From Candidatus Lustribacter sp. (GTDB taxonomy: Bacteria > Vulcanimicrobiota > Vulcanimicrobiia > Vulcanimicrobiales > Vulcanimicrobiaceae), in contig OZ255842.1 of the NCBI GenBank assembly GCA_965277805.1, positions 5,056,001 to 5,120,000 of the forward strand: a stretch of 64,000 bases of DNA. Direction: 5' to 3'. The notes under the pieces were generated by a model. That model had not been told where the DNA came from, did no database searches, and saw only the letters and a program-made list of their open reading frames with translations. The first letter of the stretch is position 1. Each line of letters opens with the position of its first letter. Both the position numbers and the translations under genes were made by a program. Shown here piece after piece: positions 40,653 through 49,856 of the stretch.

Positions 40653-41598
40653 AGCTGGAACGGTTAATCTCATCGTCGCTTGGCGCAAAGGTAAGGGCTA
40701 TGACTTCGGGTCAGTCATGACTGCTGATGAAGTAAGCGAAGATTTCCGCCATTTACTTAATGTCACGGAAATGCGCCTTCGTCAATTGACCGAAGTCGAA
40801 TACTCACTTGAAGGCGACGTAGAGACCGACGAATATATGGTCGCTCCTCTGGAGGCTCCGGAGGTCGATGACGATGAATCGCGTCCTCGTCGCGGGCGCC
40901 GAGCTACGTCAATAAGCTCAGCGGACCCCGTCGCTTTCCGCAACGCCATAGTTGCGCTAGGCGGTATGCAAGAGGTGGGTGCGAAGGATCTTCGCGCCAA
41001 GCAGATCGTCTTTTACGCTATTGTCCGAGGAGTTGATGAAGAAGATCGTACAGCGTACCTTCGTCATCTTAACCCGATGAAGCTGGCTAAGCCCGGCGTC
41101 CGATTCTTAGAATTCGGCGATACCCTTTCGCGACTCGAGTCGCCAGTTTTCGTTATGGATGACAAATTTGACCTGATCATCCGACCTGAAGAAATTGCCA
41201 TTCTAGACGCCACCTTCTTCCTAAACCTCTTCTACAGCGTTAGCGGCATTGACGAACGACTTGACAGCATGGTCGAGGAAGCGTTAGCGAATCTTCCAAT
41301 TGACGAGGATACGGAGGTGATGCTCGTCGATCTTTGCCGCGGACGAAAGCGTTATCAAAGTAAGCTTGCAAAGATTGTCGCCAGCGGACATATGGGGAAC
41401 GTCAATATGAAAAGCTTCCGAGCAGCTCTTCGGCAACATAAACTGCCAGTGCGGCGCTTCATTCGCGACGGATCAATTCATGCTGGTAAAAACGATGGTG
41501 AGTTATTGCTTGCTATCCTGAACCAAGATTTGTTCAAGGGCTGTCTAACAGGTGAACCTTACGCCGCAGGTAGCAAGCGAAAAATGAACGTTGCTTAG
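40615..41598 (+). CDS. Kiwa KwaB-like (DUF4868) protein
   Basis: FYAIV, VFVMDDKFDLII, FLNLFY and LLAILNQD...LTGEPY C-terminus; start uncertain. Confidence 0.7.
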   Translation: MRQKVRKSPQAREAGTVNLIVAWRKGKGYDFGSVMTADEVSEDFRHLLNVTEMRLRQLTEVEYSLEGDVETDEYMVAPLEAPEVDDDESRPRRGRRATSISSADPVAFRNAIVALGGMQEVGAKDLRAKQIVFYAIVRGVDEEDRTAYLRHLNPMKLAKPGVRFLEFGDTLSRLESPVFVMDDKFDLIIRPEEIAILDATFFLNLFYSVSGIDERLDSMVEEALANLPIDEDTEVMLVDLCRGRKRYQSKLAKIVASGHMGNVNMKSFRAALRQHKLPVRRFIRDGSIHAGKNDGELLLAILNQDLFKGCLTGEPYAAGSKRKMNVA

Positions 41599-41607
41599 GC
41601 CGCTAAG

Positions 41608-42465
41608 TCACGGAATATTCAGTAATCGTTTCAGCACCAGCCCTGGCATCTCGTCGTCGGTCCGGAATTGCGTGGTCATACGGTTCGGGACGCCAATGTG
41701 TAGGCCGTCCCTGAAGGCGTCGACCGACGTGATGCTTGCCAATGAAATCGAAATATTACGACGGCTTCCAACAAAGACAACGCGTCGGTCGCCGATCGCG
41801 AGTGTCCCATGGTCGTCCGCCTGCAGAACGTGTTCTGTCACGGATCGTCCACGGTTCTGGCCAACCCGAAAGCGGATGCCGCGCGCGACTGGAATCGAGA
41901 AGCCTGCTGAACCGCCGGCGTACCGCCGCACGGCCTTTTCCTCAAAGTACGTCGCGGGCACTTGAATATGAAACTGCTCTCCTGGTTGCGTTGCAACGCC
42001 GATCGGGCGAACGAGAGGAAGCGGACCCGAGAGTAGCGCGATTCGCCGTTGATTCATGAGCCACTGCATCAATGAGTCGAGATATTGCCAAGTCGCGGAC
42101 CCGAGGTTCCCCGTGAGAGTCGTTCCGAATGAGCATTTCCACGATGAGAATAATGGGATCTTCTCGTTCATCGTGTCGGCGGTGATAACTGCGATGAAGG
42201 TTGTCTGCGGCCAGCCTCGCCTTTCGAATCGAACGATCTCGTCGATGCGGAAGAAGCGACCGTAAGCTTTGCCATGTTGTCCTCGATTCGCGCCTTTCAG
42301 GATAATAATGCGCGTGGACGTCAAGACCATTGCTTCGGCCGGCGCGGCTTGCACTTTCATGAGCACTGACTCACCGGCAACCAAAGTCTTCTGCAGCATT
42401 GCTTCCAGTTCGGGTTCAAGCGTGGAGAATGGCGGAGGCGACGCCGAAAGTCCAGAAAGGTGCAT
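41608..42465 (-). CDS. Hypothetical protein with two bacterial PH-like domains
   Basis: LVAGESVL...MVLTSTRIII and DHGTLAIGDRRVVFVGSRRNISISLASI; 5 bp after the kinase stop. Confidence 0.55.
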   Translation of the reverse strand: MHLSGLSASPPPFSTLEPELEAMLQKTLVAGESVLMKVQAAPAEAMVLTSTRIIILKGANRGQHGKAYGRFFRIDEIVRFERRGWPQTTFIAVITADTMNEKIPLFSSWKCSFGTTLTGNLGSATWQYLDSLMQWLMNQRRIALLSGPLPLVRPIGVATQPGEQFHIQVPATYFEEKAVRRYAGGSAGFSIPVARGIRFRVGQNRGRSVTEHVLQADDHGTLAIGDRRVVFVGSRRNISISLASITSVDAFRDGLHIGVPNRMTTQFRTDDEMPGLVLKRLLNIP

Positions 42466-42470
42466 CGCGT

Positions 42471-44447
42471 TCAGCGGAACAACAGGCGCGGGAACGGCCG
42501 CATATCTGCGCGCGCCTGGTCGAGCAACTTGCGTTGCTGAATTGCGGCCGCACGCGCTGCCGGCGCTTGCGATTCAGCACGAAGCGCAATCTGCTTGAGT
42601 CCTTCGGGACCAGCGCGAAACGAATTACGCGCCTGCGTTCGCTGTTGCGCAAACCGCAACTTAACATCGCGCACCTGTCCTTCGATCATATTAGGTTCGA
42701 AGCGGAATCGGCGGGCTACGCCTTCGCGCCAGGCGAAGAGCCCTAGCGCCTTCTGGCCTCCGATACCATTAACGCTGTAAACACGTTGGTCAATGTCTAG
42801 GGCAGTCTCGATGTTCCAGGCAGTTAGCCGCGCAGTGAGTGCTGGGCCAATCCCTTTGATCTTTGCGTCTTTAATGAAGTGGGCATCAAGATGGTCACGT
42901 CTCGCCTTCTCTTCACCGGTCTTGTTAATTTGCGCTAATTCACGATCGTATGCCGCCCGTTGGTCCAGGAGCGTGCGGCGCAACGTCTCCAGCCGATTGC
43001 GGTACGTGACAAAGTCCCGGCCTTCACAAATTGTCCTCAACGCAAGATCAGCATCATTATTCGCCTGCTGCGCCTCGGCTAATCGCTGGCGACGGCCGGC
43101 GAGCTCGGCGCCGCCTCCAGAGCGTCCGAAGAACCATACGGCTAAAAATGTTCCGATCGCGTAGAATTCGTAGGTTCGGACCTTTGGAATCAACGCAACG
43201 ACAACGGTGAGGAACGCGAGTGTTGCCAACACACCGATGAAAATACGCGTCCGCTTACGTAGAGTAGCGCCCATGGGCGCGGGCGTTGTCGATTCGGCCG
43301 CCGGCGGAACGTACGGCACGTTCGGTGGCAGAACTTTGGAGATTTCGGACCACACGCGCTCGACTTCTGCGTCGGGAAACGTTGCCCAGATGGAGTCGTC
43401 GACCGTCCCGGTTGGTGAAATGAGCGTTGGGGCCGCGAAGTATATAATCTGCGATTGCAGTTCGATGGCGCACCAGGGGCACGACATTCCCTTGAGATGC
43501 CGGTGCGCCGGAGTGACCGTGCATGCAACGATGCTACGCTCAAGTTCCGTTAAGGCTGACCGCCATTCACTTGCGCTGGGGCGCTCGTGCGCTTGCCCAC
43601 GGAACGCGCGCTCGAACAACTTTGCAACTGCTGGCGTGACGGCTGCCAGCGTTAGCGACGCGGGCGGCGGTTTGAGACCAGCACGCGCTGCGCGGTCGTC
43701 GTAGAAGTAGTTGCCGCTAGCAATGTGCTCCCCGATGTTGGTCGGGTCGTTTGCACCTGGATTTGGCAGGCGGCCCATGAATGGGTGCTTCCCAACGAAC
43801 AGCAGCTGAAAGATCATTACTGCCATCCCGAAAGCATCGCTCGAAACCTGGCGATCCACGCTCCCGAAGGCCACACTTTGGAGTTCTGGGGGTTGATATT
43901 CCGGAACTCCGACCTCGCACCGGAAGACGCGGTTCGACGCACGAATCTGGAAGCTGTCGCAGTCGATAAACAGAACGCGCGCGTCGTCTTGGACGACTAC
44001 ATTGTTCGAGTTTACGTCGCCAACAATTATACCGCGGGCATGTAGCCCTTCGAATGCCGCAGCGAGGTTCCCCGCGGCATGCACGAGCATCTGCCAATTA
44101 GCGTTCGGGAAGGCCTTCAGGCGACTCTTTGCGCCGAGCATCTCGTGTAGCTGCTTTTGACTGGCGAGTTTCGGCATCTCGAAGCCAACCGGGACATTGC
44201 CGGCGTCGCACACGACGCGTATCGGCCACGCTGCAGCGCTAAGAAGAGTTGAGTCAGCGATGCCGGTCATTGCGCGGAGTTTTTCGGTTTTCAGCGGCGC
44301 AAGCGGTTTGAGGTAAATCTTGACGGCGCGGTTTGCGGCGGTCGGTGATGCCCAAACTGAACCCTCGCCTCCTTCGCCGAGTTTGGTGCGAAGCTCGATG
44401 ACAGTGCCGTTCGCGTCGAGAACCTTCATGCGCTTTCCACCCGGCAC
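42471..44447 (-). CDS. YegI-like Ser/Thr kinase with TM pair and C-terminal HhH motifs (TerY-P triad)
   Basis: LGEGGEG, AVKIY, VGDVNSNN, FIDCDSFQ, PPELQ, CPWC, IKGIGP/VNGIGG. Confidence 0.88.
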   Translation of the reverse strand: MPGGKRMKVLDANGTVIELRTKLGEGGEGSVWASPTAANRAVKIYLKPLAPLKTEKLRAMTGIADSTLLSAAAWPIRVVCDAGNVPVGFEMPKLASQKQLHEMLGAKSRLKAFPNANWQMLVHAAGNLAAAFEGLHARGIIVGDVNSNNVVVQDDARVLFIDCDSFQIRASNRVFRCEVGVPEYQPPELQSVAFGSVDRQVSSDAFGMAVMIFQLLFVGKHPFMGRLPNPGANDPTNIGEHIASGNYFYDDRAARAGLKPPPASLTLAAVTPAVAKLFERAFRGQAHERPSASEWRSALTELERSIVACTVTPAHRHLKGMSCPWCAIELQSQIIYFAAPTLISPTGTVDDSIWATFPDAEVERVWSEISKVLPPNVPYVPPAAESTTPAPMGATLRKRTRIFIGVLATLAFLTVVVALIPKVRTYEFYAIGTFLAVWFFGRSGGGAELAGRRQRLAEAQQANNDADLALRTICEGRDFVTYRNRLETLRRTLLDQRAAYDRELAQINKTGEEKARRDHLDAHFIKDAKIKGIGPALTARLTAWNIETALDIDQRVYSVNGIGGQKALGLFAWREGVARRFRFEPNMIEGQVRDVKLRFAQQRTQARNSFRAGPEGLKQIALRAESQAPAARAAAIQQRKLLDQARADMRPFPRLLFR

Positions 44448-45184
44448 GCAACAATGATTGACTTATCGTCGTCCGTCTTTGCGTTTATGCGATCGGATGA
44501 GAGGAACTCGACGAGCTGCTCCTTCGTCGCGGCGGGCGATTCAGAGCCGCGAACCGTACCGACGAGCGGGTGGAAAAATCCCGGATGTGCAGACTTTTCT
44601 GCTTCGTTTAGGGCGATGCGTTGAAGACCATCTGAGAACATGACAAAGTCGGTCACCGGACCAAACTTCGCGAGGTGTAACCGGGTGTGTGAGTCGTCCT
44701 GCGTAACAAAGAAAGTCTGATTCGCGTACTCGCCGCTGTCGGGCCAGATGGGTACCTTGAGCTCGGCTTCGTCCTTCACAATAATGGCGCCGTCGCCGAT
44801 CTGCCCGCAAATCGTCGCAGAGTCGCAGGCGATGACATACAACAACGTGCACGCATAGTCTCGAGGATCTTCGCCTTCTACCTCTGCGCGATTTCTTACG
44901 CGCTCACGAATTTGGTTGACCCACTTACGCATCTCGTCAGGTGTAAGCGCCGATGAGCCGCGTAGAGAAACAAAAGACGCGGCGATGGAACGCAGGGCGT
45001 CGGAGACTATTTCCGCACCGGCATCGGAAAACTTCGAACTGCCCGCACCGTCGCAGATCACACCGATGGCAGCCTCGCCGCCGTCAGCATCATCTACAAT
45101 ACGATACGCCTCGCGATCTTGGCACGGCAGGCCGTTCGCTACGTGCGATGTGCCGGTCGCCCGCGCGTTTATGACCTGCCACAC
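44426..45184 (-). CDS. PP2C-family phosphatase (YegK-like)
   Basis: GTSH...PCQD, CDGAGS, QIGDG, EYANQTFF, SDGL, TDDDKS. Confidence 0.9.
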   Translation of the reverse strand: MWQVINARATGTSHVANGLPCQDREAYRIVDDADGGEAAIGVICDGAGSSKFSDAGAEIVSDALRSIAASFVSLRGSSALTPDEMRKWVNQIRERVRNRAEVEGEDPRDYACTLLYVIACDSATICGQIGDGAIIVKDEAELKVPIWPDSGEYANQTFFVTQDDSHTRLHLAKFGPVTDFVMFSDGLQRIALNEAEKSAHPGFFHPLVGTVRGSESPAATKEQLVEFLSSDRINAKTDDDKSIIVACRVESA

Positions 45185-45185
45185 T

Positions 45186-45908
45186 TTAGGTGGCGGCGGT
45201 GATCCAGCCGGTCGGCGCGGGCAGCGCCGCCGTCGTTCCAGGCGCGCTCCGTGACACGCTGCTCATCGACTTCGAAAGCCAAGAGAAGAGCTCGCGAAAA
45301 CGTAGGCCGTCCAACTTTGCAGCCGGCCGTTCCGCGGGGCAGATTGCGTTGAGCCTGCCGAAATCGACGTTTGGACCCGCACCGACGCCATAGAACGAGA
45401 ACGCCTTCGCCGCTTCGCCCGCATGGACGAGTTGACTCGCATTGAGTACCGAGTCAGTTGGACTGCCGTCGGTAATGAGGAAGACCCACGGACGGTAATA
45501 GGCCACACCATTGTCCTTATACATGCGCTTTCGAGCATCAAGAAGGCGTAAGCCCTCTTCGATTGCCGCACCCATTGATGTCATACCATCGGCCTGTAGA
45601 TACGGCGGCTCGAATGTCTGAGCGCCAACAAACTCCTGTACCGTGGTCGGCGTTGAGCCGAACGTAACAATGGCAACTTCGACGCGTTTCGCAGCTAGTG
45701 GATCGGCCGTTAGTTCATCCTTGAACGTTCGCACTCCAGCGTTCAGCTCGGCGATCGGCGAGCCGTTCATCGAGGCCGATGTGTCCAATAGCAACACGCA
45801 CGGAACTCTCGGTTCGGGATTTTCCGCGAATTCAATGGCAGCAAAGCCGTCGGTGACCGCGGGTAAATGCTCGACGTAGGGAGTCTGGAAACCCGAATCC
45901 TGATTCAC
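45186..45908 (-). CDS. TerY/YegL-like vWA domain protein
   Basis: NPEPRVPCVLLLDTSASM (MIDAS), YYRPWVFLITDG, LFSWLSKS. Confidence 0.92.
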   Translation of the reverse strand: MNQDSGFQTPYVEHLPAVTDGFAAIEFAENPEPRVPCVLLLDTSASMNGSPIAELNAGVRTFKDELTADPLAAKRVEVAIVTFGSTPTTVQEFVGAQTFEPPYLQADGMTSMGAAIEEGLRLLDARKRMYKDNGVAYYRPWVFLITDGSPTDSVLNASQLVHAGEAAKAFSFYGVGAGPNVDFGRLNAICPAERPAAKLDGLRFRELFSWLSKSMSSVSRSAPGTTAALPAPTGWITAAT

Positions 45909-46226
45909 CCTTAGTCCTTTTGTTTGGGATGCGGCGTTCACCGCAGTGGTGCGAAAGAAGTTGACTCGCCGAACGGAAATTGACGCTCATCGAGAACGGA
46001 TGCCTAGACTTTAACGCGGCGCCCACAGTCCCCGCCCGGAGGGACCCGCCCCGAGGACCGCGCTAACTGTGGCTTTTGGCTCGCCAAGCAAGATTGAATT
46101 ACTAAGCAAAGTAAGCTTAAGAACGTTGTGGCGGAAGGGAGTGCTTCGCTCGCTTGTGCTGCTTGAGGCCGTAGGGCGGTGGTTGTGGCGCCCACGAAAG
46201 ACGCGACGCGAGGAGTGTGATACATT

Positions 46227-46778
46227 GTGGGCTGGCGTTTTCGCAAAGCTTTTCGGGTTCGTGGTGGCAGCGCGCGACCACGAGCGCTCGTCACCGCGAA
46301 GTTACACTTGGCCGCCTGGACCGTGGTTGCGCTGATGCTGTGCCCTCGTTGGTTCGCAGTTGCTGCAGAAAGCGCAATGCCAAATCGCCTCCTAACGCCG
46401 GGAGCGACGCTATCCGTAAGCGCTAACGACATTTGTTTTCGCGGGTACTCGCGCCTGGTTCGCAATGTCCCGAGCCCGTTTAGGCGGGAGATCTACAATG
46501 AGTACCATGTCGAAAACTTGCCAGGGAAACACGAACTCGAGCATCTCATTCCCCTCGAACTGGGTGGCTCGAACGACCGCCGGAACTTATGGCCGGAGCC
46601 ATACCACATTACTTGGAACGCGCACGTCAAAGACGTCCTCGAACGTAAGCTTCATACTCGTGTCTGTGCACGCAAACTGAGTCTGAGAGAAGCGCAGCGG
46701 GCCATAGCGACCGATTGGATCGCGGCCTATCGGCACTTTGTGGGTCATCCACCAACAACCAAGTATCAGACGCAATGA
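46227..46778 (+). CDS. Exported HNH-endonuclease-like protein
   Basis: Hydrophobic N-terminal segment; ELEHLIPLELGGSNDRRNLWPEP...KD.LE..LH..VC; start uncertain. Confidence 0.7.
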   Translation: MGWRFRKAFRVRGGSARPRALVTAKLHLAAWTVVALMLCPRWFAVAAESAMPNRLLTPGATLSVSANDICFRGYSRLVRNVPSPFRREIYNEYHVENLPGKHELEHLIPLELGGSNDRRNLWPEPYHITWNAHVKDVLERKLHTRVCARKLSLREAQRAIATDWIAAYRHFVGHPPTTKYQTQ

Positions 46779-46987
46779 TAAAAAATCAGAAGGTCTCGGA
46801 AGTTCTCCATGGTCGCGAACTTGTGACCGTGACGTCGGAAGCTGGCCTGCAACGGTGGCGTTTGGAGCTGGCTCGGCGATGACTGTTCTAATGGATGCAG
46901 CTCCTCCCTCACTGTCGCCGGGCTTCACAAGTACGGTATGCCAGAGTGGTCGCTCGTCCGAGTACGCCCGCTAGAGGCGCAATCAAC

Positions 46988-47677
46988 GTGCAAACCAGAG
47001 TGCGAATCCAACAGTTCATCGAAGGCGACAACCTAGCGTTCGACGTCATTACGCTATTGCTATCATACGCCTTCATCCTGCTTGCTGCATGGAACGATAG
47101 CCTACTCGGGCTTCCGCCTAACGCATTCACCTGGGCTGCGGAATTTGCTCTTGCAGCGGGACTCGCGTGCGAAATCAGTCTGCGCCTAATCTTCGCGCAG
47201 AAGCGTCACTGGTACTTTTATCCGCTGGTCGTCGTCGACGCAGTCGCTGTACTAACGGTTATCCCTGGGTTAGTGTACATCACATTTGCTCGCGTCGTCC
47301 GGTTGCTGGTAAGCGGCGGACGCATGCTCAAAATCATCGATAGAATATCGCGATCGCGTGGAAACCCGTATCTTATTTTGTTGGTATACCCATTCATTGT
47401 GCCAAGCGTTGCTGCCCTGTTTTACGTTTGCGAGCGAGAAGCGGCAAATGCTCAAGTGCACAACTATTTCCAGTCGCTGATCCTTATGATGTCCTATTCT
47501 GCAACAGTGGGGCTGGCTTCAAATCATCCGGTGACATACATTGGAAAGCTCATATGTGGACTGATGCTATTGCTCGGACTGATGTGTGTGTCGATTATTG
47601 GGAATGCCCTAACCGATCGGTATACGGTACTTCGGTCAACAAGCTTTGATGCCAAGAAACACGACTCGTCTGCGTGA
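46988..47677 (+). CDS. 6-TM voltage-gated-type cation channel homologue with atypical filter TVGLAS
   Basis: S4-like ARVVRLL...RMLK; pore region ERE..AQVHNYFQSL...SATVGLASNHPVTYIGK aligns by eye with KcsA TATTVGYGDLYPVTLWGR. Confidence 0.75.
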   Translation: MQTRVRIQQFIEGDNLAFDVITLLLSYAFILLAAWNDSLLGLPPNAFTWAAEFALAAGLACEISLRLIFAQKRHWYFYPLVVVDAVAVLTVIPGLVYITFARVVRLLVSGGRMLKIIDRISRSRGNPYLILLVYPFIVPSVAALFYVCEREAANAQVHNYFQSLILMMSYSATVGLASNHPVTYIGKLICGLMLLLGLMCVSIIGNALTDRYTVLRSTSFDAKKHDSSA

Positions 47678-47930
47678 GCAGCTTGCTAGGACGACTACGG
47701 GTGGGCTCGCTAAGTGTCCGGAGGTAGGTTATTGCCTCCGGTGCGCTTGCCGCTTAGCTCGGCTCTATTCACGCCGGGACAGCCGCCAAGGAGTAGACCC
47801 GGCTCCAATTAACCAATAAACCAAGGAAGCGTTTGGATGCGACTAGGACCGGCGATCGGCCCATAGGCATTGCGCTCAGGCTCTGCGCTCACCGGACCTC
47901 TAGACGCGTTAACGGACCACGGGTAGTTTC

Positions 47931-48287
47931 ATGATAGTGCTCTGGACGATACTTGCCGCGCTGCTCATTCTGCTGCTGATCCAAGTTGCGTTGCCGATAC
48001 TAGGCTTCTTCATCATCATGCCGTTCATCATGATCGGCCGCGCCGTAAAACCGCTGAAGATTCCGATGTGGTTCATCGGGCGTTATGGTTCACTCGCAAT
48101 CGAGGCATGGCTCGTGGTGTGGTTGACGCTCATAATTGCGGAACACTTCGATGTCTGGCTCGTCGGGCTGTTCATCGAAGAAGCGCTCTTCTTGTTTTGG
48201 ACATTCAACACGCTCTACGTCTTCGATCTCAGACTATTTCAGACACAGAGCGGCGTCTGGGCAGCCGACCTGGAGCCTGCCGGATGA
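47931..48287 (+). CDS. Hypothetical membrane protein
   Basis: Highly hydrophobic 118 aa ORF. Confidence 0.55.
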   Translation: MIVLWTILAALLILLLIQVALPILGFFIIMPFIMIGRAVKPLKIPMWFIGRYGSLAIEAWLVVWLTLIIAEHFDVWLVGLFIEEALFLFWTFNTLYVFDLRLFQTQSGVWAADLEPAG

Positions 48288-48733
48288 ATGTCGTCCTTCA
48301 GTACGTGGTCGCTGTCGTTTGCACGCTAATCGCCCACTTCTTTCAAACCTGGTTCTCAAACGTGGCCTCCGCATTTGGCTTGATGATGAGCGAGGGCGTT
48401 CGACGATCTGTAGCGCGCCACACTCCGACGTCGGGTGTGGTCAGCGAAGGCTATCAAAAAGGGTTGTTGCGATCCCAACTCTTTGGTGCGTTGGCGAGCG
48501 GTATCATCGCCATTATTGCGGCTGCAGTGCTCGGAGCATTGATCGCGTACTGGACGCCGTCGGCGAGCTGGATACCGGGGCTCTGGTTTCTGGCCATTGC
48601 GTTCTATTCTCTTGGGTTGTTGCGCATTTCGATTTGGCTGTTTATTAAATCGTTCTTTGTTTCAGTCGGCTCGCTTCAGACCTCAATGCTGGATTGGCAA
48701 GTGAAGAACGGACTCGTGGAGCGTTCGCCGTGA
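48284..48733 (+). CDS. Hypothetical membrane protein
   Basis: ATGA overlap with the previous gene; 3 TM segments. Confidence 0.55.
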   Translation: MNVVLQYVVAVVCTLIAHFFQTWFSNVASAFGLMMSEGVRRSVARHTPTSGVVSEGYQKGLLRSQLFGALASGIIAIIAAAVLGALIAYWTPSASWIPGLWFLAIAFYSLGLLRISIWLFIKSFFVSVGSLQTSMLDWQVKNGLVERSP

Positions 48734-48924
48734 GGTCGATACGTTGAAACGCCATGAAAATTTGACGATGCCGTCCAATCTCGGCGCGCCCATCGAACGG
48801 AGCTACGCGCACGTGTGTCTGGACGGCCCCTACCCGATCCTGGTTCCGGCCGACACATTCGCGAGATGACCATCGCGCTGCGTTGCTTGAGTCGCGTGGT
48901 GCTCCACCCCGTCCCCGGCACCTG

Positions 48925-49263
48925 ATGCAGCCGCTTTTGCGCCGGCACGAGTTCGCCGCCGCTGCATGCGCCACGTTCGCCGCGGTCGTGGCGTATGAGG
49001 CGCATTTTCGCTGGCCCTACCACACCTACGACACATTCCGGTGGCTGATCGCGCTCGCCGCCATCGCGACGGCCTACCTCCTACGTACGCGTCCGATCGC
49101 ACTGACTGCGTGCGTCGTGATTGCGGTACTTTTCAATCCGATCGCACCGCTGCGGATGCGCGCCTACCAGTGGCAACGATACGATACGTTGGCGATGGTC
49201 GTGATGGCCACCGTCGCGGTATACGCCTTCAGCCTCGCACGTAGTTTAGGCGTGAGGCGCTGA
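48925..49263 (+). CDS. DUF6804-like membrane protein
   Basis: WPYHTYDTFRW...IAVLFNPIAPL...W...D pattern. Confidence 0.6.
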   Translation: MQPLLRRHEFAAAACATFAAVVAYEAHFRWPYHTYDTFRWLIALAAIATAYLLRTRPIALTACVVIAVLFNPIAPLRMRAYQWQRYDTLAMVVMATVAVYAFSLARSLGVRR

Positions 49264-49397
49264 TGGTGCGGCGTGCTTTGTTTGGCTTAGCCATCGGCGC
49301 GTTCATGCTCGCACTGGCCGCGATCGCCGCTGTGCTCGGCCCCGTGCTCTCGCGGCACTACGGTCCGCCGTTACCGCTTGCACAACAGACGGTCACC

Positions 49398-49765
49398 CGG
49401 CGCACCCTCGAGCTCCCCAAGTTAGCGCGTGAAGCGCTTCAGCTTTATGGGAGTCCCGCACGGGTGAAGAGACGAGCTCGATGGTTTTTCGCGACGGCGA
49501 CGGCAACCCAATGCGTAAGAGCAACTTCATTCGGCGCGATTTCAAGCCGCTCTTACCCGAGCCCGCCTACCCGATGTGAACTCCACTCGCTGCGCCACTC
49601 AATCGAATTCATTCTTGATCGAAGAGGGTGCCGACCCCGTGCTCGTCGCGAAACGCAATGGCCACTCTAGCACGCGCATGGTACTCGATCGATATGGTCA
49701 CCTATTCGAGGGCCATCGTCGACAGGCGGCTGAGACGATGGATCGTGTCTTCGCGAAGGCCAGCA
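49398..49765 (+). pseudogene. Tyrosine integrase C-terminal remnant (frameshifted, N-terminus deleted)
   Basis: Across frames: RRTLELP..., VFRDGDGNPMRKSNFIRRDFKPLL, HSLRH, LIEEGADP..VAKRNGHSS...DRYGHL. Confidence 0.85.
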
Positions 49766-49766
49766 T

Positions 49767-49788
49767 TGGTCGTCAAATGGTCGTCAAA
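49767..49788. repeat. Tandem TGGTCGTCAAA x2, putative integrase arm-type site (right)
   Basis: Identical to 30543-30564. Confidence 0.7.
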
Positions 49789-49807
49789 GCGGCGGACGAT
49801 GGCGGGC

Positions 49808-49850
49808 AAAAGAAAACGCCGATCCCAAAAAAGCTTTTAGAATCGGCGCT
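49808..49850 (-). terminator. Island-supplied terminator after tRNA-Ala
   Basis: Minus strand AGCGCCGATT...GATCGGCGTT followed by TTCTTTT. Confidence 0.65.
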
Positions 49851-49856
49851 AAAACG

